This document shows, piece by piece, positions 16,401 through 24,424 of a stretch of 24,691 bases of DNA. The stretch covers positions 1 through 24,691 of the forward strand of contig JAVJWO010000068.1 in assembly GCA_040222015.1 (NCBI GenBank), read 5' to 3'. Position 1 is the stretch's first letter. Each line of letters opens with the position of its first letter. Both the position numbers and the translations under genes were made by a program. The DNA comes from Coleofasciculus chthonoplastes F2-STO-03 (lineage in GTDB: Bacteria; Cyanobacteriota; Cyanobacteriia; Cyanobacteriales; Coleofasciculaceae). The notes beneath the pieces were generated by a model, which did not search any database, had not been told where the DNA came from, and saw nothing but the letters and a program-made list of their open reading frames with translations.

Positions 16401-19400
16401 AAGGGGAGACATCTGTCGTGGAAGAAGATGAGGAAAGAGCCGTTGTCTGAGAAGACGATCGAACAAAGTCAATAATATGCGTGACAGCAGGAGTAGAACT
16501 GGTCAAGGTGTCAATAAAGGAATTAACAGCAGCTTCGGGTTCTAACAGATTCATTCCTTTCGCTCTCGCAACCATGACTAAAGCTTGACCTCCAATTTTC
16601 GCCATTCCCCGATCGCGCCAGAGGGCAAAGTTAATCGCTAAGGAACGACCCGAAGCAGGTTGTTGTGACCGATAAAGGGCATAGTGGTCAAGGAACGCAT
16701 TAGCAGCCGCATAATCACTTAAATTCGTTCCCCATTCTGCTTTAGAGGCAGCCGCCGAAGAAATCATCACAAAAAACTTGAGCGGCTCAGAACGAGTGAT
16801 GGTATCGAGAATCACTGTTCCTTGGAGTTTGGGAGCAAACACTGGGGCAACCGTTTGCCAACTCTTCTGATGGAATTTGAAGTTTTTCTGATCCTGAACC
16901 CCAGCTGCATGAATCACTCCATCAAGATGACCAAAGCGATCGCGGACTTTATCCATTAATTGAGCCATTGCATTTGCATCAGTGACATCGACCGCCTCAT
17001 ACAAGACAGTTGCACCCAATTCTTCTAATTGTTGAATGATCCCGATGCGATCGCATTGAGGATGATGATTAGCCAGTAATTGAGTCCATTGTTCTTTGGG
17101 GGGTAAAGATTGACGACCGATTAACACCAAATTCAGGCTAGCCTGACGAACTAATCCCATGGCAATTTCTGAGGCAACGGCACTGGTTCCTCCGGTAATC
17201 AAATAGGTATCTCCATCCCTAATCACTTCTTCTATCGGTTGTTTGGGAACGGCTGGCATTGGTACTAGGATTCGTCCTAGTCGTTGTTCCCCTCGAATCG
17301 CAATAATTCCTTCGCCAGTGGGAGGAGTCCGAAGTTCTTGCCAGAGGATATGTCCTAATTGCCCTGATTTCAAGATTTTTGGCATTAGGTCTACAACTTT
17401 GGTTTTAAAACTGGGATTTTCCTGAGCTAATACTTGTGTTAGCGTCGCACCGATAATTTGATGAATTCCTTGAATAGGATGATGTAGCGTAACCGCATAG
17501 TTACCTAAAGTCAACTGCAGAAAAGCAATGGACTGTTTAGGGCAATGTTTGAGCAAGGCTTGTCCCACAAATAGGACACTGTAGTCATTTTCAGCCAGTA
17601 TCCTATCAGAAATATCCAGATCATTCTCCGGATGAAGACCGTTCCACAAATGAATCACGGCGACGATTGGCTGCTGATCGGATTCGGATTGAATGGCTTT
17701 TATTAACTGCTCATAATCTTGAGGATTAGCTGGATTCAGGGTAAATTGATCAGCCGAGCGAGAGAAAGATTGACCTGGAATAGCCCAATAGAGGGGGTGG
17801 CTATTTTGAGAGATGTGCTTAGCTAAATCTTCACCCCAGGTTTTGGACTCTCCCAAGACTAAAATAGCACCAGAGGATAAATCTTGAGGCGCACTCAGGG
17901 GTTCAGGTTGCCACTGCCACTGATAAAACCAAGGATGTTGGAATTGAATCACTGGCGGTAAGTTGGGTTCAGAAGGTTGAGGAGGTTGAGGAGACGGATT
18001 AGACTTAGATTTAGGAACAGGAACTTCAACGGATTCCCAGTAACGCTGATGCTCAAAGGGATAATTGGGAAGACGCACAGGACGGCGTTGATAATCTTGG
18101 TCAAACTTTAACCAATCGATGTCAACGTCTTGCAGATATAACTGTCCCAAACTATTGAGAAAAGGAATCCAATCGGGCTGTCCTCGTTTAAGGGAAGGCA
18201 ACCAGAGAGACGATGGCTCAGAGAGACAACGCTGCCCCATACTTAATAGCGTAGAATTCGGTCCGATTTCCATAAAGAGGCGATAGCCTTCTTGGGCGAG
18301 TTTTTCCATCCCATCTGAGAAGCGGACAGTTTCTCGCAGATGAAGACTCCAATAGGTAGCATCAGGAACTTCGCCCGGTTTCCAAAATTGACCGGTTAAA
18401 TTAGATAGTAGTGAGCAGTTAGGGGCTTGAAAGGAAAGGGTATTAGCAAAGGCTTCAAAAGAATCCAAAATGGGAGCCATGAGCGGCGAATGGAAAGCAT
18501 GGGAAACTTGAAGTTGGCGAAACTGAATGCCTTGCCCTCGCAACAAGTCCAATACGTCCTGTACCTTGTCTTTTCGTCCAGAAATAACCACATTGCTAAC
18601 CCCATTAATGGTAGCAATTGCTACTTGCTCTTGGTAAGGCTCAATTAGCGGCGCGATCTGCGCTTCAGACGCAAAGACAGCCACCATCATGCCATTTTTG
18701 GGCAAACTTTGCATTAGACGCGCCCGTTCTGCTATTAATCGCAGTCCATCTTCGAGGCTAAAAACCCCAGCAACACAGGCGGCGGTGTACTCTCCCACAC
18801 TATGTCCCATTACGGCATCGGGAACAATGCCATAACTTTGCCAGAGGTGTGCCAAAGCGTATTCTAGGGCAAAAAGAGCTGGTTGGGTGTAAGCAGTCTG
18901 ATGGAGATGGGGGGAATCGGCATTTTTTGGATACAGCACCGATAACAAGGGCAATTCCAAGTAATCCCGCAAAAGTTCATCACATTGATTCAGTATGCGA
19001 CGAAAAGTCGGTTGGGTTTCGTATAACACCTTTCCCATACCAGTATACTGAGATCCTTGCCCCGTAAACAGAAAAGCAATGGGATTGGCTTCAGCTTGTA
19101 TGGGAAGCTCTCGATAGAGAAATCGATGGTGATCTGAGGAAAGAGCAAATTCTCCCAACTGTTGCCGTAGATCCTCAATCGATTCCGCCACAATCGCCAG
19201 ACGATGTTTAAAATGAGACCGTCGAGTCAGGGTTGTAAAGCCAATATTGGCTAAGGAATCAGAGGTTTCTGCCAATGCCGTCGAGTAACGTTTCGCTAAT
19301 CGTTGTAAGGCATTTTTACTTTTAGCCGATAAAGTAACAAGATGATGAGAACGTTCTAAGGGAGCTTGCTGAATTTGAGTCGGTTCTTTTTTATCCGCAG

Positions 19401-19413
19401 GTGATAAAGTCAT
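13459..19413 (-). CDS. Type I PKS: AT(malonyl)-KR-ACP-KS-degenerate AT
   Basis: KS-AT linker HLVTLSAKS, AT1 FTGQGSQY/GHSVG/HAFH, KR (AAGV, YAAANAFLD), ACP LGLDSLAG, KS STACSSS/ETHGTGT/SIGH/FGFGGTNAH, AT-like tail with VAGIG in place of GHSxG; no DH, ER or TE. Confidence 0.9.
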   Translation of the reverse strand: MTLSPADKKEPTQIQQAPLERSHHLVTLSAKSKNALQRLAKRYSTALAETSDSLANIGFTTLTRRSHFKHRLAIVAESIEDLRQQLGEFALSSDHHRFLYRELPIQAEANPIAFLFTGQGSQYTGMGKVLYETQPTFRRILNQCDELLRDYLELPLLSVLYPKNADSPHLHQTAYTQPALFALEYALAHLWQSYGIVPDAVMGHSVGEYTAACVAGVFSLEDGLRLIAERARLMQSLPKNGMMVAVFASEAQIAPLIEPYQEQVAIATINGVSNVVISGRKDKVQDVLDLLRGQGIQFRQLQVSHAFHSPLMAPILDSFEAFANTLSFQAPNCSLLSNLTGQFWKPGEVPDATYWSLHLRETVRFSDGMEKLAQEGYRLFMEIGPNSTLLSMGQRCLSEPSSLWLPSLKRGQPDWIPFLNSLGQLYLQDVDIDWLKFDQDYQRRPVRLPNYPFEHQRYWESVEVPVPKSKSNPSPQPPQPSEPNLPPVIQFQHPWFYQWQWQPEPLSAPQDLSSGAILVLGESKTWGEDLAKHISQNSHPLYWAIPGQSFSRSADQFTLNPANPQDYEQLIKAIQSESDQQPIVAVIHLWNGLHPENDLDISDRILAENDYSVLFVGQALLKHCPKQSIAFLQLTLGNYAVTLHHPIQGIHQIIGATLTQVLAQENPSFKTKVVDLMPKILKSGQLGHILWQELRTPPTGEGIIAIRGEQRLGRILVPMPAVPKQPIEEVIRDGDTYLITGGTSAVASEIAMGLVRQASLNLVLIGRQSLPPKEQWTQLLANHHPQCDRIGIIQQLEELGATVLYEAVDVTDANAMAQLMDKVRDRFGHLDGVIHAAGVQDQKNFKFHQKSWQTVAPVFAPKLQGTVILDTITRSEPLKFFVMISSAAASKAEWGTNLSDYAAANAFLDHYALYRSQQPASGRSLAINFALWRDRGMAKIGGQALVMVARAKGMNLLEPEAAVNSFIDTLTSSTPAVTHIIDFVRSSSQTTALSSSSSTTDVSPSSLPKAQVTHLEDLVKEILCEHIKLSVEQIEGYQSFSELGLDSLAGIEVIQQLNQSLNTQLSPTILFEYQSLDALVKYFEDNQKVFTSPLTVSATTSTQTGQISQNPEKNLVTDIAIIGMACKVPGANNLEEYWNLLSQGRSAIGSVPSSRWSTKDYFEPTKQTPYKTYCKWGGFIDNPYDFDPLFFGISPKEAMAIDPQQRLVLQLVWQALFQAGYGSKNRTQDISVFVGCGQNNYVEHFINYQSYGALCQRLETSEWFNQLPEQNRQALQNTLIEILQPSEILSETAAGNELNQLAARISHCLDLTGPSLSVSTACSSSLVALHLACDSLRSGQSSMAIVGGVNLNLSPTPLTFLSRVQALSETGTCYPFDSRANGMVIGEGAGVILLKPLQQAIADGDYIHGVIKGSAINNDGHSQGITAPNPQGQAKAIRQAYQQSGIAPETINYIETHGTGTLLGDPIEIEGMTQAFRTFTECQQFCGIGSVKSSIGHGLSASGILSLIKVVLSMQHQHIPGTQGYQSPNPNIDFAKTPFYVVGEQGMSWSNQEHPLRAGVNGFGFGGTNAHIILQQAPILSSSPRITDDTPSYLLCLTARTPAKLQQIASQLREHLLAYPEQEIAEVCFTMNQAQKEFPSKAAFVVKERQQLLDYLEAITNDCQPSEIYRGRANPKRSTPLSLILDGTNHLSVEDVTTIGQQFPVYKSAYEACQSRWKPFINYPQSSTKIHDFASQYAYLSWLKFLDVEPKKLLVAGIGILVGACFTGLLTLEEALAALARLEGEKIVIPAKKIQTEEEKSLNWHCPLVTPKGIFHPTTQVSSLQLSAFVQLGGSLNLAQETKQSETIYLYLGNSSDLVDRLSLDKLSVIWQVPSPEINTIEALLRVMARFYVNGVGFRPSELFAFGTRRVPLFIYPFDNKPYQAPVVESVNSDHTNQGQTEPIQSISIPSSSKELRPTDTVPILSADQRQQSYLALAKAFDIK

Positions 19414-20838
19414 TTATAAGTCCCCCTCTCCTATAATTATGTGAACATTCGTCCCACTCATACCAAAAGAACTAACCCCAGCCAATCGGGATTCCTCTTG
19501 TGCTTGCCAAGGCATTAATTGGTTAGGGACAGTAATGGGAAGTTTCAGCCAAGGAATATAAGGATTAGGTTTTTTGAGATGAAGATGAGGGGGAATCTGC
19601 TTATTTTTTAAGGACAGAACAACTTTCATGAAACTGGCAATTCCTGCTGCTCCTTCGAGATGCCCTAAATTGGTTTTGACAGAACCTACGATTAAGGGGG
19701 TGTCAACAGAACGGGTTTTTCCAAGAACATTTCCGAGAGCTTGGACTTCAATCGGATCTCCTAAAGAGGTTCCGGTTCCGTGGGCTTCGACATACTGAAT
19801 TTGTTCAGGAGAAACCCCAGCATTCACGAGAGCTTTTTGAATTACTGCTTCTTGAGCTAAACCGTTAGGGGCTGTCAATCCATTGCTTAATCCATCATGA
19901 TTAACAGCTGAACCTCGAATAACCGCCAAAATCGGATCGTTGTCTCTAACCGCATCGGACAATCGTTTGAGAACAACAATTCCTCCCCCTTCTCCTCGAA
20001 CATAGCCATCAGCTTGAGCATCAAAAGTTTTACAGCGGTTATCAGGGGTTAAAGCCCTCATTTTACATAAACCAATGGTGGTTTCGGGACTAAGCATCAA
20101 GTTGATGCCTCCAGCTAAGGCGAGATTACATTCTCCTGAATGTAGACTCTGAGTGGCTAAATGCACAGATAGGAGAGAAGAGGAACAAGCCGTATCCACT
20201 TCCATTACAGGACCTCGGAGATTCAAAGAGTAAGCTAACCGCCCCGCAGCCATACAGCGTAAAGCCCCTAGACTCCGATAAACATTGAGATTTTCCCGCT
20301 CATATCCATTAATCAGGAGATGGGCGTAGTCATCTGCCGTGAGTCCGATAAAGACACCCGTTTGACTCCCACTGAACTGGGTAACAGGCTGTCCAGCATT
20401 TTCTAGGGCTTCCCAAGCTATCTCTAACAATAAACGCTGTTGAGGATCAATCGCTGCGGCTTCTTTAGGTGAAATTCCGAAAAAATGGGGATCAAACTGG
20501 TCAATATCGTCTAAAAAACCACCATAACGGGTGTACATTTTACCGGGGGCATCAGGATTTGGGTCATAATAGTCATCAATATTCCAGCGTTGATCAGGAA
20601 CTTCTGTGATTGCATTAATTCCTTGGGATAAAAGCTGCCAATAGGCTTCTGGAGTGTTAATTTCTTGAGGAAAACGACATCCCATGCCAATAATGGCAAT
20701 CGGTTCATGTTGTCGAGTTTTCAGAGTTTGTAAGTCAACTTCAAGTCGCTTTATTTCTAGAAAAGCTTTTTTCAAAAGCGATTTGTAGTTAACCGGGGAA
20801 GATGGAGGATGTAATTTCGATTCTACTTGAGCAATCAT
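19414..20838 (-). CDS. Stand-alone type I ketosynthase with N-terminal docking domain
   Basis: Docking helix LLKKAFLEIKRLEVDL, EPIAIIG, DPQQRLLLE, DTACSSS, EAHGTGT, NLGHLEGAAG, SSFGMSGTNVH; ATGA overlap with FAAL gene stop. Confidence 0.9.
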   Translation of the reverse strand: MIAQVESKLHPPSSPVNYKSLLKKAFLEIKRLEVDLQTLKTRQHEPIAIIGMGCRFPQEINTPEAYWQLLSQGINAITEVPDQRWNIDDYYDPNPDAPGKMYTRYGGFLDDIDQFDPHFFGISPKEAAAIDPQQRLLLEIAWEALENAGQPVTQFSGSQTGVFIGLTADDYAHLLINGYERENLNVYRSLGALRCMAAGRLAYSLNLRGPVMEVDTACSSSLLSVHLATQSLHSGECNLALAGGINLMLSPETTIGLCKMRALTPDNRCKTFDAQADGYVRGEGGGIVVLKRLSDAVRDNDPILAVIRGSAVNHDGLSNGLTAPNGLAQEAVIQKALVNAGVSPEQIQYVEAHGTGTSLGDPIEVQALGNVLGKTRSVDTPLIVGSVKTNLGHLEGAAGIASFMKVVLSLKNKQIPPHLHLKKPNPYIPWLKLPITVPNQLMPWQAQEESRLAGVSSFGMSGTNVHIIIGEGDL

Positions 20839-23063
20839 GATTGTTGACTCTGTTGTATTATTTCTAGTTCTTGACTTAACAGGTTTGCTATTTCAAGTTC
20901 CGACATAGAATCAAGTAATTGTTCCATATCCGCTAATTCAGAAGGCTGTTGTACCCCTTTATTGCTGACTGTTTCAGTAGTAAATAATTGGCTGGTATAT
21001 GGATTATAATGAGCTAAATAGGCAGCAGCATCAGCAATAGAAGGAAAGTTCCAAACTAGAGTTATTTCAATCTCTTTGCCTAACCAGCGCCCTAATTGTT
21101 CGACCAATTCCACGGCTATCACAGAGTCAAGACCATAGTCAGCAAAAGGACGTTGAGGATCAATCTGCTGAGGAGTTAACTGTAACGCTTGAGCGAGCCA
21201 GCTAATCATCCATTGTTGAATATCTAGAACTGTAGTCGGTGCAGGAGCATGAGCCATTTGGGGAACAGCACCAGACACTGGGTTATTGGCATTCCAGACA
21301 GCTATAACTGCTAAATTATCTTCTAAAAAGCCTTGTTTACAGGCATGACGCTGAATTTTACCACTAGAGGTTTTGGGAATGCTGGCGGTTTTGAGTAAGA
21401 TAATACTTTGTACTTGTAGTTCATGGATTTCTGAGATAGATCGGCGGATGGCAGCAAAGACTTCTTCTTCTTTTAACTTACGCAGATGGGTGCGTTCTAC
21501 TTCTTGAACAACAACTAACTTTTCAGTCCCTCCCTGTTCAATAGCAAAGGCAGCGCCACAACTGGCTCTAAGAGCTGGATGACTTTTCTCAACGGTTGAT
21601 TCAATATCTTGAGGATAATGGTTACGACCTCGGATAATGATAAGATCTTTTAGACGACCGGTAACAAATAATTCTCCGTCATGAATAAAACCTAAGTCTC
21701 CTGTACGTAGAAAAGATCCTTCACCACTATCTGCTAAGTAAGCCTGGAAGGTTTCTTTTGTTAATTCTTCTCGATTCCAATAACCTTGAGTGACACTTGA
21801 GCCGGCCACCCAAATTTCTCCTACTTGTTGTTCTTGGCATTGGATTTTCGTTTGCGGATCGACAATTTTCATCTGCTCAAAAAAGTTGCGTCCGCAGCCG
21901 ACAATGGTTTTGCTGACTTCTGATTCATCTTTTAAGAGTTCTACCTGATGTTGCTGTAAAGCGGTTTCGTCTATGGGTTGCAGAACCGGAGGCTCTGTTT
22001 TTCGTGATCCGGAAATAAACAGGGTTGCTTCTGCCATCCCATAACAAGGATAGAAGGCTTGAGGACTGAAGCCATAGGGCGCAAATTTTTCGCTAAATTG
22101 TTGGATTGTTTTTGCCTGAATCGGTTCAGATCCATTAAAAGCAATTTTCCAACTGCTAAGGTCTAAGTCATGACACTGTTCAGGTGTAATTTTCCGCACA
22201 CATAAATCGTAGGCTGAATTAGGTCCTCCACTGACAGTGGCTCGATAATGACTAATGGCTTGTAACCAGTGAATTGGCTTTTGTAAGAAAGCAACGGGGG
22301 GCATCAGATTACAGGAGACTCCTAAATATAGAGACTGCAAGACATTTCCGATCAATCCCATGTCATGGAATAGGGGTAACCAACTGACGTAAATCTCTGT
22401 TTCATCGTTTTGAAATGCCAACTTGATCATCTGTTCGTTGTGGATGAGGCTGCCGTGACTGACCATAACCCCTTTGGGAGTTCCTGTTGAACCTGATGTG
22501 TATTGAAGAAATGCTAGTATATCTTTATCGATGATAGTTTCTTGCCAATCTCTAGCTAATGAAGCAGCTAGATTTTCTGTGATTACCCACTTTACCTCTG
22601 TTAATCGAAGCTCTTCAAAAAAACTAGAATATTTATTTTTAACCTTCTCTAAAATGGAGGTAGTTGTCAAAATTAAAGTGGCTTGGGAATCTTTGATAAC
22701 TGAAGTGAATCTAGCTAGGTGATGATTAGAACGAGGGGGATAGATGGGAACAGCAATCACCTGAGCATACAAACAGCCTAAAAAAGCCGTAATAAATTCT
22801 AATCCAGGGGGATAAAGCATTAAAGCTCGTTCACCCGGTTTGGTAATTGATTGCAGATAGGCGGCAATGGCACATGCCTGTCGATCTAGCTCTTGATAGG
22901 TAAGTTGATCAGACTCGGTCACTCCATCTGACAAAAATCGATAGGCTAGTTTATGGGGTTGATGTTGCGCTTGATACCGTACAAGGTTTACCAAAGTAGG
23001 CACTTGAGACAAATTTTTCGTGATGGGAGTTTCTCGACCTTCAGCAAGTGTAGTTACTTTCAT
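20835..23063 (-). CDS. Fatty acyl-AMP ligase fused to ACP and C-terminal docking domain (starter module)
   Basis: LAFLQYTSGSTGTPKG, WLPLFHDMGLIG, PCYGMAEATL, IIIRGRNHYPQDIE, IPKTSSGKIQR; ACP FADYGLDSVIAVEL; acidic C-terminal helices; GAGGA RBS upstream. Confidence 0.93.
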   Translation of the reverse strand: MKVTTLAEGRETPITKNLSQVPTLVNLVRYQAQHQPHKLAYRFLSDGVTESDQLTYQELDRQACAIAAYLQSITKPGERALMLYPPGLEFITAFLGCLYAQVIAVPIYPPRSNHHLARFTSVIKDSQATLILTTTSILEKVKNKYSSFFEELRLTEVKWVITENLAASLARDWQETIIDKDILAFLQYTSGSTGTPKGVMVSHGSLIHNEQMIKLAFQNDETEIYVSWLPLFHDMGLIGNVLQSLYLGVSCNLMPPVAFLQKPIHWLQAISHYRATVSGGPNSAYDLCVRKITPEQCHDLDLSSWKIAFNGSEPIQAKTIQQFSEKFAPYGFSPQAFYPCYGMAEATLFISGSRKTEPPVLQPIDETALQQHQVELLKDESEVSKTIVGCGRNFFEQMKIVDPQTKIQCQEQQVGEIWVAGSSVTQGYWNREELTKETFQAYLADSGEGSFLRTGDLGFIHDGELFVTGRLKDLIIIRGRNHYPQDIESTVEKSHPALRASCGAAFAIEQGGTEKLVVVQEVERTHLRKLKEEEVFAAIRRSISEIHELQVQSIILLKTASIPKTSSGKIQRHACKQGFLEDNLAVIAVWNANNPVSGAVPQMAHAPAPTTVLDIQQWMISWLAQALQLTPQQIDPQRPFADYGLDSVIAVELVEQLGRWLGKEIEITLVWNFPSIADAAAYLAHYNPYTSQLFTTETVSNKGVQQPSELADMEQLLDSMSELEIANLLSQELEIIQQSQQS

Positions 23064-23113
23064 TGTAAATTCCTCACTTAGATAATACTACGACTGAAAT
23101 TTTTATTTGGTGG

Positions 23114-23316
23114 TTAAGTAGGTGGACACAATTAAAGTTAGCGGTGGAGATTAGGGAACAGGGAACAGGCAACAGGCAACAGGCAACAGGGAACAGGCAA
23201 CAGGCAACAGGCAACAGGCAACAGGCAACAGGCAACAGGCAACAGGCAACAGTAAGCGTTTGAGGCTTGTTTACATAACTTAATCTAGTTAAGTTTATTT
23301 CCACCAACCTACTTAA
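23114..23316. mobile_element. MITE-like element (~203 bp) containing a heptamer array
   Basis: Left end TTAAGTAGGTGGACACAATTAAAG; reverse complement of right end TTAAGTAGGTTGGTGGAAATAAAC; first 10 nt identical plus a shared A-rich box. Confidence 0.65.
23153..23250. repeat. Heptamer tandem repeat (AGG[C/G]AAC)x14, STRR-like
   Basis: Counted 14 contiguous units: 11 AGGCAAC and 3 AGGGAAC. Confidence 0.95.
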
Positions 23317-23349
23317 TTTACTTGTAATTAAATCTGATTGACATAAAAT

Positions 23350-23991
23350 TTATAACCTACATTTCCTGATTGAATCCAAAAAATTTTCTAGGTATTTTCT
23401 TTTTATTTGCGCTTTTATTGCATGGTTTTGGCTGATTGAATCAATCTCTTTTTCAGTTAAAACATATCGCCAGCCAGATTTGACTATTTGAGGAAGTTTA
23501 CTGCAATTAACTTCACAAATATTAATAATTCGATCGCGGTAATTTAGGCAAATATTCTCGCGGTTAAGACAATCCTTTTGCTGTTGTAATTGATGATAAG
23601 CCTGATTGACTCGTGCTGCAATTTCGGTAAATCTGAGAATTTCTGCTTCTAACTGAGCGGCTATTGCATTAATACAATTGGCTTGAGTTTCTAATTGTCG
23701 CATTCCTGAATGAATAGAGTATTCAAGTGCTTCTTGATGACGCTCTTGAAGTTGAGACAGAATGTTCTCTTCTTTAGCAATATCATTAAGCAGATCGACC
23801 AATTTAGCCAAAATTGTCAGCGGCAAGTAAACCTGATCATTAGTCATTTTGCCAGGTAGTTCAGGTAGTTCAACATAATCCGGCTCTGACGTATGAATTA
23901 AGATGTACTCAATATTTTTATTTTTGATTAAAGGGTACTCAACATCATTGAGTAAATGTTGGTTACACTCTGGCTGTTGTCTGCTGTTCAT
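23350..23991 (-). CDS. Hypothetical protein with predicted coiled-coil region
   Basis: Open ~213 aa frame; GAGGTG RBS 7 nt before ATG 23991; helical Q/E/L/A-rich middle; no catalytic motif recognised. Confidence 0.65.
   Translation of the reverse strand: MNSRQQPECNQHLLNDVEYPLIKNKNIEYILIHTSEPDYVELPELPGKMTNDQVYLPLTILAKLVDLLNDIAKEENILSQLQERHQEALEYSIHSGMRQLETQANCINAIAAQLEAEILRFTEIAARVNQAYHQLQQQKDCLNRENICLNYRDRIINICEVNCSKLPQIVKSGWRYVLTEKEIDSISQNHAIKAQIKRKYLENFLDSIRKCRL
23353..23362 (-). promoter_or_regulatory. Recurrent upstream motif, copy 3
   Basis: Exact TAACCTACAT upstream of the FAAL gene, just outside the MITE; on the minus strand it runs into TATAAAT; overlaps the last codons of the hypothetical gene. 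Confidence 0.4.
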
Positions 23992-24098
23992 TGGCAAACA
24001 CCTCTTGTATTTTTGCTTTCATTTGCTTGGCTACTTCACCATTATTTTTTTGGACTCTTGGTTCGCCAAGGCTAATACTTACAGTGGGATTTTGCTGC

Positions 24099-24108
24099 TA
24101 ACCTACAT
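24099..24108 (-). promoter_or_regulatory. Recurrent upstream motif, copy 4
   Basis: Exact TAACCTACAT about 107 nt upstream of ATG 23991. Confidence 0.35.
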
Positions 24109-24160
24109 AATAATATAATTGGTCAGGGGAAATCAATCAATTGTTGTAAATTTATTTATC

Positions 24161-24188
24161 TAAATAAATAAATAAATAAATAAATAAA
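24161..24188. repeat. (TAAA)x7 microsatellite
   Basis: Seven contiguous TAAA units read directly. Confidence 0.85.
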
Positions 24189-24235
24189 AGTTTATATAAA
24201 TAAACAAAATCATAAAAATTAAAAATAAAAATGAA

Positions 24236-24361
24236 GTGTAAAATATCCTTACGCTCACCCGCTTGGGGGAAATCCACATAGAAAATCTCACCAAACCGCC
24301 CCAAGCGCGTCAACTCCGGCGGCAAAGCGTCCAATCGATTCAGTGTAGCCACCACAAACGT
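24236..24361 (-). pseudogene. AAA-ATPase gene fragment (Ycf46-like second region of homology)
   Basis: TFVVATLNRLDALPPELTRLGRFGEIFYVDFPQAGERKDIL resembles the AAA SRH consensus (VVATAN..LPPELLRxGRFDEIFFVDLP); no Walker A/B; flanked by low-complexity sequence. Confidence 0.75.
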
Positions 24362-24424
24362 CTGGGAAACCTTATTATGTAATTGGACTTTGGACAAAAA
24401 ACTGATTAAACGTAACAAATAATC

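Noticed and set aside
278..19413. Heterocyst glycolipid (hgl) or PUFA cluster
   Set aside because: Despite devBCA and PUFA-like ACPs there is no KS-CLF, PfaD-type ER, DH or glycosyltransferase, and an amino-acid A domain is present.
13459..23063. Olefin synthase (OLS) hydrocarbon pathway
   Set aside because: FAAL-ACP-KS-AT-KR-ACP matches its front half, but there is no sulfotransferase or thioesterase; a second KS and an NRPS follow instead.
23153..23250. Possible CRISPR array
   Set aside because: Contiguous 7-nt units without spacers; no cas genes.
23074..23307. 77-aa Cys-rich ORF with repeated ACCLLPV, superficially like a RiPP precursor or metallothionein
   Set aside because: It is the translation of the 7-nt tandem repeat inside the MITE-like element; no leader peptide or maturation enzymes nearby.
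600..24118. Short alternative-frame or antisense ORFs (600-815, 1632-1835, 7309-7500, 7689-7892, 8157-8342, 8379-8585, 9979-10173, 10155-10604, 11219-11440, 13242-13445, 17243-17425, 18396-18648, 18849-19193, 20511-20708, 22531-22722, 23903-24118)
   Set aside because: All overlap well-supported genes and show no recognisable motifs; treated as shadow ORFs.
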